Assembly: GCA_050239825.1 (NCBI GenBank)
Contig: JBFXGO010000001.1
Coordinates: 3,188 to 67,187 of the forward strand
Source of the DNA: a bacterium
GTDB lineage: Bacteria; Hydrothermota; 32-111
Length of the DNA stretch: 64,000 nucleotides
Direction: 5' to 3'
Both the position numbers and the translations under genes were made by a program. Below are positions 47,621-57,392 of the stretch, one piece after another. The notes beneath the pieces were generated by a model, which saw only the letters and a program-made list of their open reading frames with translations, did no database searches and was not told where the DNA came from. How positions within the stretch are numbered: position 1 is the stretch's first letter; each line of letters opens with the position of its first letter.

Positions 47621-48931
47621 ATGGAAAGGTTGATGGAAAAAATTAAGACAAGAAAAGCTGTGATCGGAGTGGTAGGCATGGGCTATGTGGGGCTTCCGCT
47701 TGCGGTTGAGTTTGCAAAAAAGGGTTTCACAGTTTACGGCATAGACCTTCTTAAGGATAAGATCGATTCTTTGAAAAAAGGAAAATCCTACATAATTGAT
47801 GTTAAAAACAACGAAATAAAAGAGATAATAAAAAGCGGCAGATTCATACCTACAACTGATTACTCGGTTGTCAAAAAGGTTGACTGTATTTCAATTGCTG
47901 TGCCGACTCCGCTTCAGAAGTCGAAGGACCCGGATGTTTCATACATCACATCTTCAATGAACAGCATAAGAAAGCATCTTCACAAAGATATGCTTGTAGT
48001 GCTTGAATCAACAACATATCCAGGGACAACGAGAGAACTGATAGCGGATGAAATAGAGAAGGAAGGATATAAGACAGGCAGGGATGTATTCGTTGCATTT
48101 TCTCCGGAAAGAGTCGATCCGGGAAATTTGAAATACAACACAAAAAACACTCCGAAGGTTATTGGCGGAATAACCAAGAGGGATACGGATTTGTCAGTGG
48201 CTCTATATTCACAGGTGATTGATAAGGTAATTCCTGTGGGAACTCCGGAAGAGGCGGAGATGGTTAAACTTCTTGAAAACACATTCAGAGCTGTTAACAT
48301 AGGTCTTGTAAATGAACTCGCGATAATGTGTCACAGAATGGGAATTGATATGTGGAATGTTATTGAAGCGGCATCTACAAAACCGTTCGGATTCATGCCA
48401 TTCTATCCCGGGCCCGGAATAGGAGGACATTGCATTCCTCTTGATCCTATGTACCTATCCTGGAAAGCAAAGATGTATGATTTTTACAACAGATTTATCG
48501 AGCTGTCGTCTGATGTGAATACGAATATGCCGAGATTCGTTGTAGGAAAGGTGGCTGAAATCCTCAACAAGAGAAAAAAGTCCATAAAGGGTTCAAAGAT
48601 ACTTTTAATGGGAATGTCATATAAAAAGGATATTGATGACCTCAGAGAGTCGCCCTCATTTGAAGTCTATCATCTTCTCAAAGAAGATGAGGCTTTGGTG
48701 ACGGTCATAGACCCAATGGTGAATTCATTCATCGATGAGAGGGGAGACCACAGAAAAGTCAAAGTCATAAATACAATAACAGAGAAACAGCTGAAAAGCT
48801 TTGACTGCGTAATACTTCTGACAAACCATTCCAAATTTGATTATAAATGGTATGCAAAGCATTCAAAGGTGATATTTGACACAAGAAACGGATTCAAGGG
48901 AATCTCAAAGAAGAATATAATCAAACTATAA
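47621..48931 (+). CDS. Nucleotide-sugar dehydrogenase (UDP-GlcNAc / UDP-ManNAc 6-dehydrogenase, WbpA/WecC-like).
   Basis: N-terminal Rossmann motif IGVVGMGYVGLPLAVEFAKKGFTVYGIDL and catalytic Cys context GPGIGGHCIPLDP. Confidence 0.8.
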   Translation: MERLMEKIKTRKAVIGVVGMGYVGLPLAVEFAKKGFTVYGIDLLKDKIDSLKKGKSYIIDVKNNEIKEIIKSGRFIPTTDYSVVKKVDCISIAVPTPLQKSKDPDVSYITSSMNSIRKHLHKDMLVVLESTTYPGTTRELIADEIEKEGYKTGRDVFVAFSPERVDPGNLKYNTKNTPKVIGGITKRDTDLSVALYSQVIDKVIPVGTPEEAEMVKLLENTFRAVNIGLVNELAIMCHRMGIDMWNVIEAASTKPFGFMPFYPGPGIGGHCIPLDPMYLSWKAKMYDFYNRFIELSSDVNTNMPRFVVGKVAEILNKRKKSIKGSKILLMGMSYKKDIDDLRESPSFEVYHLLKEDEALVTVIDPMVNSFIDERGDHRKVKVINTITEKQLKSFDCVILLTNHSKFDYKWYAKHSKVIFDTRNGFKGISKKNIIKL

Positions 48932-48941
48932 TGGAGAAAAG

Positions 48942-51128
48942 ATGCAAGACAAAATAATCGAAGAAGACGGAAAAGAACTGCGAACATACTGGTACCTCCT
49001 AATGGAGAACAGATACCTTCTGCTCTCAGTCTTTCTGGCTGTTTTTATTTTCATTTTCGTTTTTACAAAACTATCAAGGCCTGTTTATCAGTCAAGCTCC
49101 ACTGTGCTAATTGAAAGCAGTGACAAGGGGCTTTCATTTTTCCCGATAAGGGAGATGAACCCCAGACAGACTCTGATTAACAATCATATTGAGATGATAC
49201 AGTCGCGCACTCTCATAGAGAAGGTCGTTTCTGCTTTGGACAGCGATTCGACTTTGGATTCAATATATTTGAGGGACCCGAAGTATTCAAAAGAGAAAAA
49301 AATGTCAATAGTGAAGAGCGGACTTTCGGTTATTCCAATAAAAGATACGGATATACTCCGAATCTCATACAGAGACAAGACCCCGTTCAATGCATATTAC
49401 ATAACAAATTTGATTGTAAGTCAGTACTATAAGGTCAATCTCGACATGACAAGGGGAGAACTGAGCGAAGTGAGGCATTTTCTTGAAGAACAGCTTTTAA
49501 AGATTGAGAATGAACTGAAGCACTCAGAGGAGAATCTCAAGCTTTATAAAGAGGGAAATTCAATACTTGAACTCTCGGAGGAGACAAAAGTTCTAGTGCA
49601 GATGATATCCACTTACGAACAGCAGAAAAAGGCTACAGAAGTGGAGCTTATCACAATAGCGTCGCGGCTCAGGGCATTGACAAACAACCTCAATGAATCG
49701 CAGAAAGCAATGACAGACGGACTTTTCAACACAACAAATCCTTTTATAGCCCGCTCTCTGAAGGAGCTTGAAACTCTTGAATCCAACTATGCATACTATC
49801 TCTCTATAGGATATGATTCACTGCATCCGAAAATATTGGAGGTTAAGAGCCGAATAGAACAGATTAAAGCTCAGGTTGTCGAAACAAGCAAGACAAGCTT
49901 CAAGGAGACCTATGTCTCTTCCAATCCTATTGAGTATACAGAGGGTATAATCGACGAAATTCTCTCTCTGCAGGTTGAAATCAAGGCAAAAGAAGCGATG
50001 CTCAATGCTCTTTCCACAGCAGTAAATGAATACGAGACTAAGATGAGAAATGTGCCATTGAAAGAGATATCGCTCGCCCGTCTTGAAAGGGACAAAAAAG
50101 TATCGGAAGAACTTTACCTGATGCTCAGAAGCAAATATGAAGAATCAAGGGTTGCAGAGGCGGGAAAACTCGGAGCTGTTAGGATAATTGACAAGGCAGT
50201 GCTGACAACAAATCCCATTCTGCCTAAGACGAGCAGGAATCTGATTCTTGGATTCTTTCTTTCCCTTATTATAGCTATAGGAACAGTGCTTTTAAAGGAG
50301 TACATTGACGATTCAATAAAGGACATCGATGAAATAGAGAGAGAATTTAAAACAAAGACTCTCGGCAGTGTGCCGCTTATAATCCAGAAACCCGATTTAA
50401 ACGGCAAAGCTGAAACCTCTTCAATGAAAACTCCTCTTATCTCCAACCTTCAGGAAGGTTCGCCTGTAAGCGAATCCTATAAAATCCTGAGGACCAATAT
50501 AATTTATCTTTCGCAGGATAATCCGCCTAAGATGATGACAGTATCATCGGCTACAAAGGGAGAGGGAAAATCTACAACTGTAGCAAATCTGGGCATAGTT
50601 CTCTCTCAGCTTAACAAGCGCACTCTGATAGTTGATGCCGATTTGAGAAGACCCACAATGAACAAACTGCTGGACATTCCATCTAAGAGCAAGGGTCTCA
50701 CTCATGCAATAAAGGAGAACATCCCGCTTGCCGAATGCATACAGGAGACATCCATGCACAATCTTTATGTTCTTCCGCACGGCGAAAGGACCACACATTC
50801 GACAGAGCTTCTTGAATCACCAAAAACAAAAGTCATCTTTAAAGAGCTGAGAGAAATGTTCGACTATATTATTGTCGATACATCTCCGATGCTTTCAATA
50901 GCAGACCCGACAATCATTTCAAGGATTTCCGATGGTATGCTTTGGGTTGTTCAATTCAAAAAAGCCCACAAGAGGGACCTGCAGTATGCGAATAAGATTC
51001 TGCAAAATATGAATGTAAATGTGCTGGGTTTTGTATTCAACAATATAAATATGACGAGTTATTACGGTAGATATTATTACTACCATTATTATTACCACTA
51101 TCATACAAAAGAAGAGGGTGACCAATGA
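48942..51128 (+). CDS. Polysaccharide co-polymerase / BY-kinase (Wzc-like tyrosine autokinase).
   Basis: N-terminal Wzz/GumC-like TM and coiled region. Walker A SSATKGEGKSTTVANLG. C-terminal tyrosine cluster YYGRYYYYHYYYHYH. Confidence 0.85.
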   Translation: MQDKIIEEDGKELRTYWYLLMENRYLLLSVFLAVFIFIFVFTKLSRPVYQSSSTVLIESSDKGLSFFPIREMNPRQTLINNHIEMIQSRTLIEKVVSALDSDSTLDSIYLRDPKYSKEKKMSIVKSGLSVIPIKDTDILRISYRDKTPFNAYYITNLIVSQYYKVNLDMTRGELSEVRHFLEEQLLKIENELKHSEENLKLYKEGNSILELSEETKVLVQMISTYEQQKKATEVELITIASRLRALTNNLNESQKAMTDGLFNTTNPFIARSLKELETLESNYAYYLSIGYDSLHPKILEVKSRIEQIKAQVVETSKTSFKETYVSSNPIEYTEGIIDEILSLQVEIKAKEAMLNALSTAVNEYETKMRNVPLKEISLARLERDKKVSEELYLMLRSKYEESRVAEAGKLGAVRIIDKAVLTTNPILPKTSRNLILGFFLSLIIAIGTVLLKEYIDDSIKDIDEIEREFKTKTLGSVPLIIQKPDLNGKAETSSMKTPLISNLQEGSPVSESYKILRTNIIYLSQDNPPKMMTVSSATKGEGKSTTVANLGIVLSQLNKRTLIVDADLRRPTMNKLLDIPSKSKGLTHAIKENIPLAECIQETSMHNLYVLPHGERTTHSTELLESPKTKVIFKELREMFDYIIVDTSPMLSIADPTIISRISDGMLWVVQFKKAHKRDLQYANKILQNMNVNVLGFVFNNINMTSYYGRYYYYHYYYHYHTKEEGDQ

Positions 51129-52438
51129 AAATTTCAGTATTCGGTTTGGGCTATGTCGGCATAATCTCAGCGGCGTGTCTTGCCGAACAGGGCTATAAAG
51201 TATTAGGAGTTGAAGTGAGCAGTGATAAGATTGAACAGGTAAACAGAGGTGTATCACCCATAGTAGAACCTTATGTGAATGAAGTTGTGAAAAAGGTCAC
51301 TGCCAGCGGCAACCTGTGCGCAATTTCGGATATAAAAAAGGGGATAATGGAGACAGACATCTCGCTTATCTGTGTGGGAACTCCCTCTAAAGACACCGGC
51401 GAGGTTGACCTCTCTTACATTTTCAAAACTGCAGAGGAAATAGGAGAAGTTCTTAAGGAGAAGCAGACATACCACATCATTCTTATTAGGTCAACATCAA
51501 TGCCCGGAACTGTGGACAAGTATGCGGAAATATTAGAATCAAAATCAGACAAGAGGCGCAAGAAGGATTTTGATGTCGTCGCCAATCCGGAATTTTTAAG
51601 GGAAGGAAATGCAATGAATGATTTCTACAACCCGCCATTCACTCTTTTGGGATGTGAATGTGAATCAAGCGAAAAGACAATCCGTAAAATGTACTCATTT
51701 CTTGAATGCCCCTTCATCATAACCTCAATTCGCACGGCGGAGATGCTAAAGTATGTCAATAACACATTCCATGCTCTGAAAGTCGATTTTGCTAATGAGA
51801 TATCAAGGTTCTGCAAGAAGAAGAACATTGATTCCAGAGAGGTGATTGACATCTTCGTCCTCGATAGAAAATTAAACATATCCGAGTACTATCTAAGGCC
51901 GGGATTTGCCTTCGGCGGTTCATGTCTCCCTAAGGATGTAAGGGCTTTGGCTTATGAAGCCAAAAAAATCGGAGTGAACATTCCTGTGGTTGAAAACATA
52001 ATGAATTCAAATGAACTGCATATTGAGTGGGCTTTTCAGACAATAATAAAAGAGAAGGCTTCAAAAGTTGGCATCTTCGGCATCAGTTTCAAGAATGGAA
52101 CGGATGACCTGAGGGAATCCCCTGCGGTTCTTCTTGTAGAGATGCTTCTCGGCAAAGGAAAAGATGTTTACATCTACGACGAGAATGTACATGTGGCAAA
52201 TTTAATGGGAACAAACAAAGATTACATTGAAAGAGAGATAAAGCACATATCCACTTTGATTGAGAGTGATGCAGTGAAAATGATTGAGAAGGTTGACATA
52301 CTGGTCATAGCTAATAAGGACAATTCATACAGGGAGATAATAAACAACTACAATGGAAAAGAGGTGATTATTATAGATCTTGTGAACCTCTTCCCTGAAA
52401 AAAAGAGCGGCAAAAATTACAGAGGAATCGGCTGGTGA
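51125..52438 (+). CDS. UDP-glucose / GDP-mannose 6-dehydrogenase family enzyme.
   Basis: MKISVFGLGYVGIISAACLAEQGYKVLGVEV, SPIVEP, and catalytic GFAFGGSCLPKDV. Its position upstream of UXS favours UDP-glucose 6-dehydrogenase. Confidence 0.8.
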   Translation: MKISVFGLGYVGIISAACLAEQGYKVLGVEVSSDKIEQVNRGVSPIVEPYVNEVVKKVTASGNLCAISDIKKGIMETDISLICVGTPSKDTGEVDLSYIFKTAEEIGEVLKEKQTYHIILIRSTSMPGTVDKYAEILESKSDKRRKKDFDVVANPEFLREGNAMNDFYNPPFTLLGCECESSEKTIRKMYSFLECPFIITSIRTAEMLKYVNNTFHALKVDFANEISRFCKKKNIDSREVIDIFVLDRKLNISEYYLRPGFAFGGSCLPKDVRALAYEAKKIGVNIPVVENIMNSNELHIEWAFQTIIKEKASKVGIFGISFKNGTDDLRESPAVLLVEMLLGKGKDVYIYDENVHVANLMGTNKDYIEREIKHISTLIESDAVKMIEKVDILVIANKDNSYREIINNYNGKEVIIIDLVNLFPEKKSGKNYRGIGW

Positions 52439-53373
52439 GAAAAAAGATATTAGTGACCGGGTGCGCCGGTTTTATAGGTAGCAACCTCTGTAGCGCTCTT
52501 CTTTCAAATTCGGATAATGATGTTACAGGCATTGATAATTTCTACACCGGAAGGGAGGAGAATGTTCGGTTTCTAAAAAATAGCGGCAACTTCACTTTTA
52601 TAAATCATGATATAATAAATTCAATTGATTTGAATGCCGACGAAATATATCACCTTGCATCACCCGCCTCACCCGTCTTTTACCAAAAGAATCCGATAAG
52701 GACATTGAAAATAAATTTCCTCGGAACGCTCAATGTTCTTGGTATAGCAAGAAAGAACAATTCCAAGGTGCTTCTTTCGTCGACCTCAGAGATTTATGGG
52801 GAACCTCTTGTGCATCCGCAGAGAGAGGATTACCACGGAAATGTAAATCCGATAGGCATCAGAGCTTGTTATGACGAAGGCAAGAGAATAGCCGAGACTC
52901 TCATGTTTGAGTATCACAGGAATCATAACCTAAAGATAAAGGTGTGCAGAATATTCAATACTTATGGTTGCTTTATGGCTGAGGATGACGGCAGGGTTGT
53001 CTCAAATTTCATCAATCAGGCATTGAATGGCAAGAATCTTACAATATACGGAGATGGAAAGCAAACCAGGTCATTCTGCTATGTTTCGGACATGGTTGAC
53101 GGTTTGACGGCGATGATGAGTTCTCAGGATGATTTTACCGGACCGGTTAATCTCGGAACAGATGACGAAAAAAGCATTCGCGAAATAGCAGAGTTGATAA
53201 TCAAACTTACAAAATCCAAATCCATTATTGAATTCAGAACTCTTCCCTCAGATGACCCATGTCGAAGAAAACCGGACCTTTCTCTTGCGAGAAAGATGCT
53301 CTCATTTGAACCCAAAGTATCTCTGGAAGAGGGATTGATGAAGACAATAAACTATTTCAGGAGCAAAAAATGA
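52435..53373 (+). CDS. UDP-glucuronate decarboxylase (UDP-xylose synthase).
   Basis: ILVTGCAGFIGSNL, NFYTGREEN, IYHLASPASPVFYQKNPIRT, SSTSEIYGEPLVHPQRE, NPIGIRACYDEGKR: the conserved UXS/ArnA-decarboxylase SDR blocks. Confidence 0.85.
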   Translation: MRKKILVTGCAGFIGSNLCSALLSNSDNDVTGIDNFYTGREENVRFLKNSGNFTFINHDIINSIDLNADEIYHLASPASPVFYQKNPIRTLKINFLGTLNVLGIARKNNSKVLLSSTSEIYGEPLVHPQREDYHGNVNPIGIRACYDEGKRIAETLMFEYHRNHNLKIKVCRIFNTYGCFMAEDDGRVVSNFINQALNGKNLTIYGDGKQTRSFCYVSDMVDGLTAMMSSQDDFTGPVNLGTDDEKSIREIAELIIKLTKSKSIIEFRTLPSDDPCRRKPDLSLARKMLSFEPKVSLEEGLMKTINYFRSKK

Positions 53374-54398
53374 TAAGAGTTGGACTTGTTGGATGCGGAA
53401 GAATCTCCGAACGGCACTTTGAAGTCTTCAAAGAGATGAAGAATGAAATTAAGCTTGTAGCAGTGTGCGACAAGATAAAGGAGAGGGCGGATAGATATGC
53501 CGAAGAGTTCAATGTGAATAGTTATGTCAGTTATGAAGAGATGCTTGAAAAAGAATCCCTTGAACTAATCAGTATTTGCACTCCATCAGGTCTTCACCCC
53601 AAACATGGAGTAATGGCGGCTAAGAAGAAAATAAATGTTCTCACTGAAAAACCGATGGCTGTCTCTCTTGAAGGAGCGAATGAACTTATAAAAGCTTGCG
53701 ATGACAATGATGTCAAGCTATTCGTGGTCAAGCAGAACAGGCTTAATCCTCCTATACGATTTTTGAAAAAAGCAATTGACAAGAACCGGTTCGGAAGGAT
53801 TTTCATGGCTAATGCTACTGTCTTCTGGCAGAGGCCTCAGGAGTACTATGACTTAGCTGACTGGCGTGGAAAGTGGGAGTTCGACGGAGGCGCATTCATG
53901 AATCAGGCGTCTCACTATGTTGACCTTATACAGTGGCTTTTAGGGCCTGTGGATTATGTCACAGCCATCACTGCGACTCTTGCCAGACAGATAGAGACGG
54001 AGGATACGGGAGCCGCAGTGCTGAAGTTCCGCACAGGAGCTATAGGAGTCATTCAAGTGACTATGCTCGCTTACCCGAAAAACTATGAAGGGTCGATAAC
54101 CATACTTGGGGAGACAGGGACAGTCAAGATAGGCGGCAATGCAGTCAACAAGGTTGAAAAGTGGGAATTTGAAAAATATGATGATGATGATGCACTCGTA
54201 TCTGATGCAAATTACAGCACAAAATCAGTCTATGGATTCGGGCACACCGGATACTATGAAAATGTGCTAAGTGTGTTGAAAGCAGGCGGGAAAGCTACAA
54301 CTGACGGAAGGGAAGGAAAAAAATCCATAGAACTTATACTGGCGATTTATAAATCGGCAAAGACCAACTCAACAGTGCCTTTGCCTCTTGAAAAATAA
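53370..54398 (+). CDS. Gfo/Idh/MocA-family NAD(P)-dependent sugar oxidoreductase; possibly a WbpB-like UDP-sugar 3-dehydrogenase.
   Basis: N-terminal MIRVGLVGCGRISERH Rossmann motif and the family C-terminal domain. Located with the DegT aminotransferase. Confidence 0.75.
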   Translation: MIRVGLVGCGRISERHFEVFKEMKNEIKLVAVCDKIKERADRYAEEFNVNSYVSYEEMLEKESLELISICTPSGLHPKHGVMAAKKKINVLTEKPMAVSLEGANELIKACDDNDVKLFVVKQNRLNPPIRFLKKAIDKNRFGRIFMANATVFWQRPQEYYDLADWRGKWEFDGGAFMNQASHYVDLIQWLLGPVDYVTAITATLARQIETEDTGAAVLKFRTGAIGVIQVTMLAYPKNYEGSITILGETGTVKIGGNAVNKVEKWEFEKYDDDDALVSDANYSTKSVYGFGHTGYYENVLSVLKAGGKATTDGREGKKSIELILAIYKSAKTNSTVPLPLEK

Positions 54399-54412
54399 GG
54401 AAGGATGGAAAA

Positions 54413-55561
54413 ATGAAGGTTAATCTTAGCGGTGTATCGCTTAAAGGAAATGAACTGAAGTATTTGAAGGAGATTCTCAAAACGGGAATTCTCAGCATAG
54501 GAAAATACACTGATAGGTTTGAGAAGATGTGCGCGGAGTTCACTGGCAGAAAATACGGAATCTCCGTCTCATCAGGAACAGCGGGTCTCTTTCTTCTTTT
54601 GAATGAGAAAAAACTCAAAGAGAATGAAGAGGTCATTACATCTCCATTCAGTTTCATAGCAACATCGAATGTAATAATCCATGCGGGCGGTTTTCCCCGC
54701 TTCTGCGACATAGATGACAAAACTCTCTGTATGTCGGCATACAAGCTTGAAAGTATGATTGAAGAGGATTATAAAAAAGTTGGCGGAATGCTTGTAAATA
54801 AAAAATCAAAGCGAATCCTCAGGGGGATTCTCTCTGTGGATATTTTCGGCAACATATGCGAGTATGAAAAAATTGAGAAAATTGCAAAAAAACACAAACT
54901 TTTTCTGATAGAAGATTCGTGTGAAGCATTCGGCACAGAGAAAGGCAAGAGGAAGGCTGGAACATTCGGAGAATCCTCTGTCTTCGCATTCTACCCGAAT
55001 AAGCAGATTACAACTGGAGAGGGCGGGATGATAGTCACCGATTCAAAGGAAATTTACCTGAAAATGCGCGCTCTTAGGAATCAGGGAAGAAGGGATATGG
55101 ATCTGTGGCTTGAGCATTCGTATCTCGGATACAATTTCAGGATTAATGAAATGTCCTCTGCTGTCGGAGTCTCTCAGATGGAAAGGGTGGAAGAGATACT
55201 CTCAAAGAGGCAGGAAGCGGCTCTCTATTATAACAAAAAGTTTGAGAAAATAAGAGAAGTGAGGATACCTTACTCCCCCAAAGACCAGACAAACGGATGG
55301 TTTGTATATGTGATAAGGGTTGAGGCCGGAAAAAGGAACAAACTGATGGAGCATCTTATAAAAAACGACATCTCCGTCAGGCCTTATTTCACTCCGATAC
55401 ACACTCAGCCATGCTATAGAGGATACGGCTACAAATTGAATGATTTCCCTGTAACAGCCAAAGTATCTTCGGAAACAATCGCTATTCCATTTCATACAGA
55501 AATAAAGAGGAAGGAGCAGGATTATGTCATTAAAAAAATACGCGAATTCTTTGATAGATAG
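54413..55561 (+). CDS. DegT/DnrJ/EryC1/StrS-family PLP-dependent sugar aminotransferase.
   Basis: Conserved blocks ...DIFGN..., FYPNKQITTGEGGMIVT (PLP lysine region), NQGRRD..., LGYNFRINEMSSAVGVSQM. Confidence 0.85.
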   Translation: MKVNLSGVSLKGNELKYLKEILKTGILSIGKYTDRFEKMCAEFTGRKYGISVSSGTAGLFLLLNEKKLKENEEVITSPFSFIATSNVIIHAGGFPRFCDIDDKTLCMSAYKLESMIEEDYKKVGGMLVNKKSKRILRGILSVDIFGNICEYEKIEKIAKKHKLFLIEDSCEAFGTEKGKRKAGTFGESSVFAFYPNKQITTGEGGMIVTDSKEIYLKMRALRNQGRRDMDLWLEHSYLGYNFRINEMSSAVGVSQMERVEEILSKRQEAALYYNKKFEKIREVRIPYSPKDQTNGWFVYVIRVEAGKRNKLMEHLIKNDISVRPYFTPIHTQPCYRGYGYKLNDFPVTAKVSSETIAIPFHTEIKRKEQDYVIKKIREFFDR

Positions 55562-57392
55562 GATTTTAACCCCCAGCTATCTGAAGAGATTTGTCTTTTT
55601 CGTTCTTGCTGACACGGCGGTGTTTTTGATATCCTATCTGCTCTCTTTCAGCATTCGTTTCAGCATTAGCGATTTTTTTCTGCACTTTGAAACATTCAAG
55701 ATTTTTCTTCCGATATTCATACTTTCCAAACTTATTATGCTTCTTCTCTTTGACATGTATGCAATATCATGGAAGTATTTCTCGATGCGCGATGCAGTTA
55801 AGATGTTTGTCTCTCTCTTCTCTGCGCAGATTTTAGCGTATATTACCGCATACTTTCTATTTCGTAGCAGTCTTATAGTTGTTCTTTCGAGGTCTGTTTT
55901 CTTCCTTGATTTTTTTATATCACTCTTTCTTCTATTCGCGTTGAGGAGCTTTAAAAGAGTGATGCTCTTTATGATGAACAGAGAGAATAATGAAAAAAAG
56001 AAAATTGTTATTTACGGAGCGGGAGACGGGGGCGAACAGATTGTGAGGGAGATGCTTAAAAAAGAGAGTCCCTACGACCCTGTGGCAATAGTAGATGACA
56101 ATAAAAACAAGTGGAAGATGAGAATACACGGCATCACCATCCGCGGAGGCATTGAGGAAATAAAGAAAATAATGAAGAAAACCGGCGCATCGGCTGTGTT
56201 GATAGCCATTCCATCAATAAAGAAAGAACGGCTTAATGAAATTTTCAACCTGCTTGAGAGAGAGCATATTAAAGACATCAAGATACTCCCGTCGTTTCAG
56301 GAAGCCCTTGACGGAAAGATGACTCTGCAGAGCGTAAAGAACATTGATATTGCAGATTTGTTGGGAAGAGAGAGCGTCAAGCTTGATCAGGCTCAGATAG
56401 GCGCTTACCTGAGAGACCAAACAATTCTTATAACAGGGGCATGCGGCTCCATAGGCTCGGAAATATTCAGGCAGGTTTTGAAATATTCGCCCAAGATGGT
56501 GTTAGCGCTTGATATAGATGAAACGGAGCTCTTCTACATAGAGAACAGAACCCCCTCCGAATTCAAAGAGAGGGTTAAGCCGATTCTTGCAGATGTGAGG
56601 GACAAAAAGATAATAGAAAAAATATTTCTGACACAGGAGATAGATGTTGTCTTCCATGCGGCCGCTCTCAAACATGTGTCCATGTGCGAACAATTTCCCG
56701 ATGAGGGAGTGAAGACAAATATAATGGGTACTTATAATCTTACAAGCGCCGCTAAGGGCAAGGCGAAGAGGTTTCTATTCATATCGACGGATAAGGCTGT
56801 TAATCCCTCTTCCATAATGGGCGGCACCAAACGAATAGCGGAATACATTGTGACTTCATCAGCGGGAGGCGGAACGATATTTTCATGCGTAAGATTCGGA
56901 AATGTGCTTGGTTCAAGAGGAAGCGTGCTTCCCATATTTGAGGAGCAGATTAATAACAAAAAGCCCGTCACAATAACCCATCCGGAGATGAAGAGATATT
57001 TTATGACAACTCAGGAGGCTGTGCAGCTCTGTCTTGAAGCGGCGGGCGGAGCTTTGGGAGGAGAGGTCTTTATTCTGGACATGGGAGAGCCCGTCTATAT
57101 AAAAGACCTTGCCGAAAAAATGATTCGTATGTTCGGATTTGAACCATACACGGATGTTCCGATAATATACACAGGAAAAAGAAAGGGTGAAAAGCTTTTT
57201 GAGGAACTGTTGAGATCTGAAGAGGGTGTGGAGGAGACAAGGTTCGAGAAAATTTTCAAAGCCGTCGGAAGCAACAAAATGGCGCAATCGGATATAGGAA
57301 GCATGGTCGAAAATTTTCTTAAGGCAGAGAAACATGAAGATGTGAAAAACCTTTTAAAATCCTATATTCCCCGCTTCAAATATGAAGAATGA
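55524..57392 (+). CDS. Membrane-anchored polysaccharide biosynthesis protein, CapD/WbpM/PglF-like UDP-sugar 4,6-dehydratase.
   Basis: Four N-terminal TM helices, then two Rossmann regions (VIYGAGDGGEQI; ILITGACGSIGSEI) and SDR catalytic motifs. 622 aa. Confidence 0.85.
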   Translation: MSLKKYANSLIDRILTPSYLKRFVFFVLADTAVFLISYLLSFSIRFSISDFFLHFETFKIFLPIFILSKLIMLLLFDMYAISWKYFSMRDAVKMFVSLFSAQILAYITAYFLFRSSLIVVLSRSVFFLDFFISLFLLFALRSFKRVMLFMMNRENNEKKKIVIYGAGDGGEQIVREMLKKESPYDPVAIVDDNKNKWKMRIHGITIRGGIEEIKKIMKKTGASAVLIAIPSIKKERLNEIFNLLEREHIKDIKILPSFQEALDGKMTLQSVKNIDIADLLGRESVKLDQAQIGAYLRDQTILITGACGSIGSEIFRQVLKYSPKMVLALDIDETELFYIENRTPSEFKERVKPILADVRDKKIIEKIFLTQEIDVVFHAAALKHVSMCEQFPDEGVKTNIMGTYNLTSAAKGKAKRFLFISTDKAVNPSSIMGGTKRIAEYIVTSSAGGGTIFSCVRFGNVLGSRGSVLPIFEEQINNKKPVTITHPEMKRYFMTTQEAVQLCLEAAGGALGGEVFILDMGEPVYIKDLAEKMIRMFGFEPYTDVPIIYTGKRKGEKLFEELLRSEEGVEETRFEKIFKAVGSNKMAQSDIGSMVENFLKAEKHEDVKNLLKSYIPRFKYEE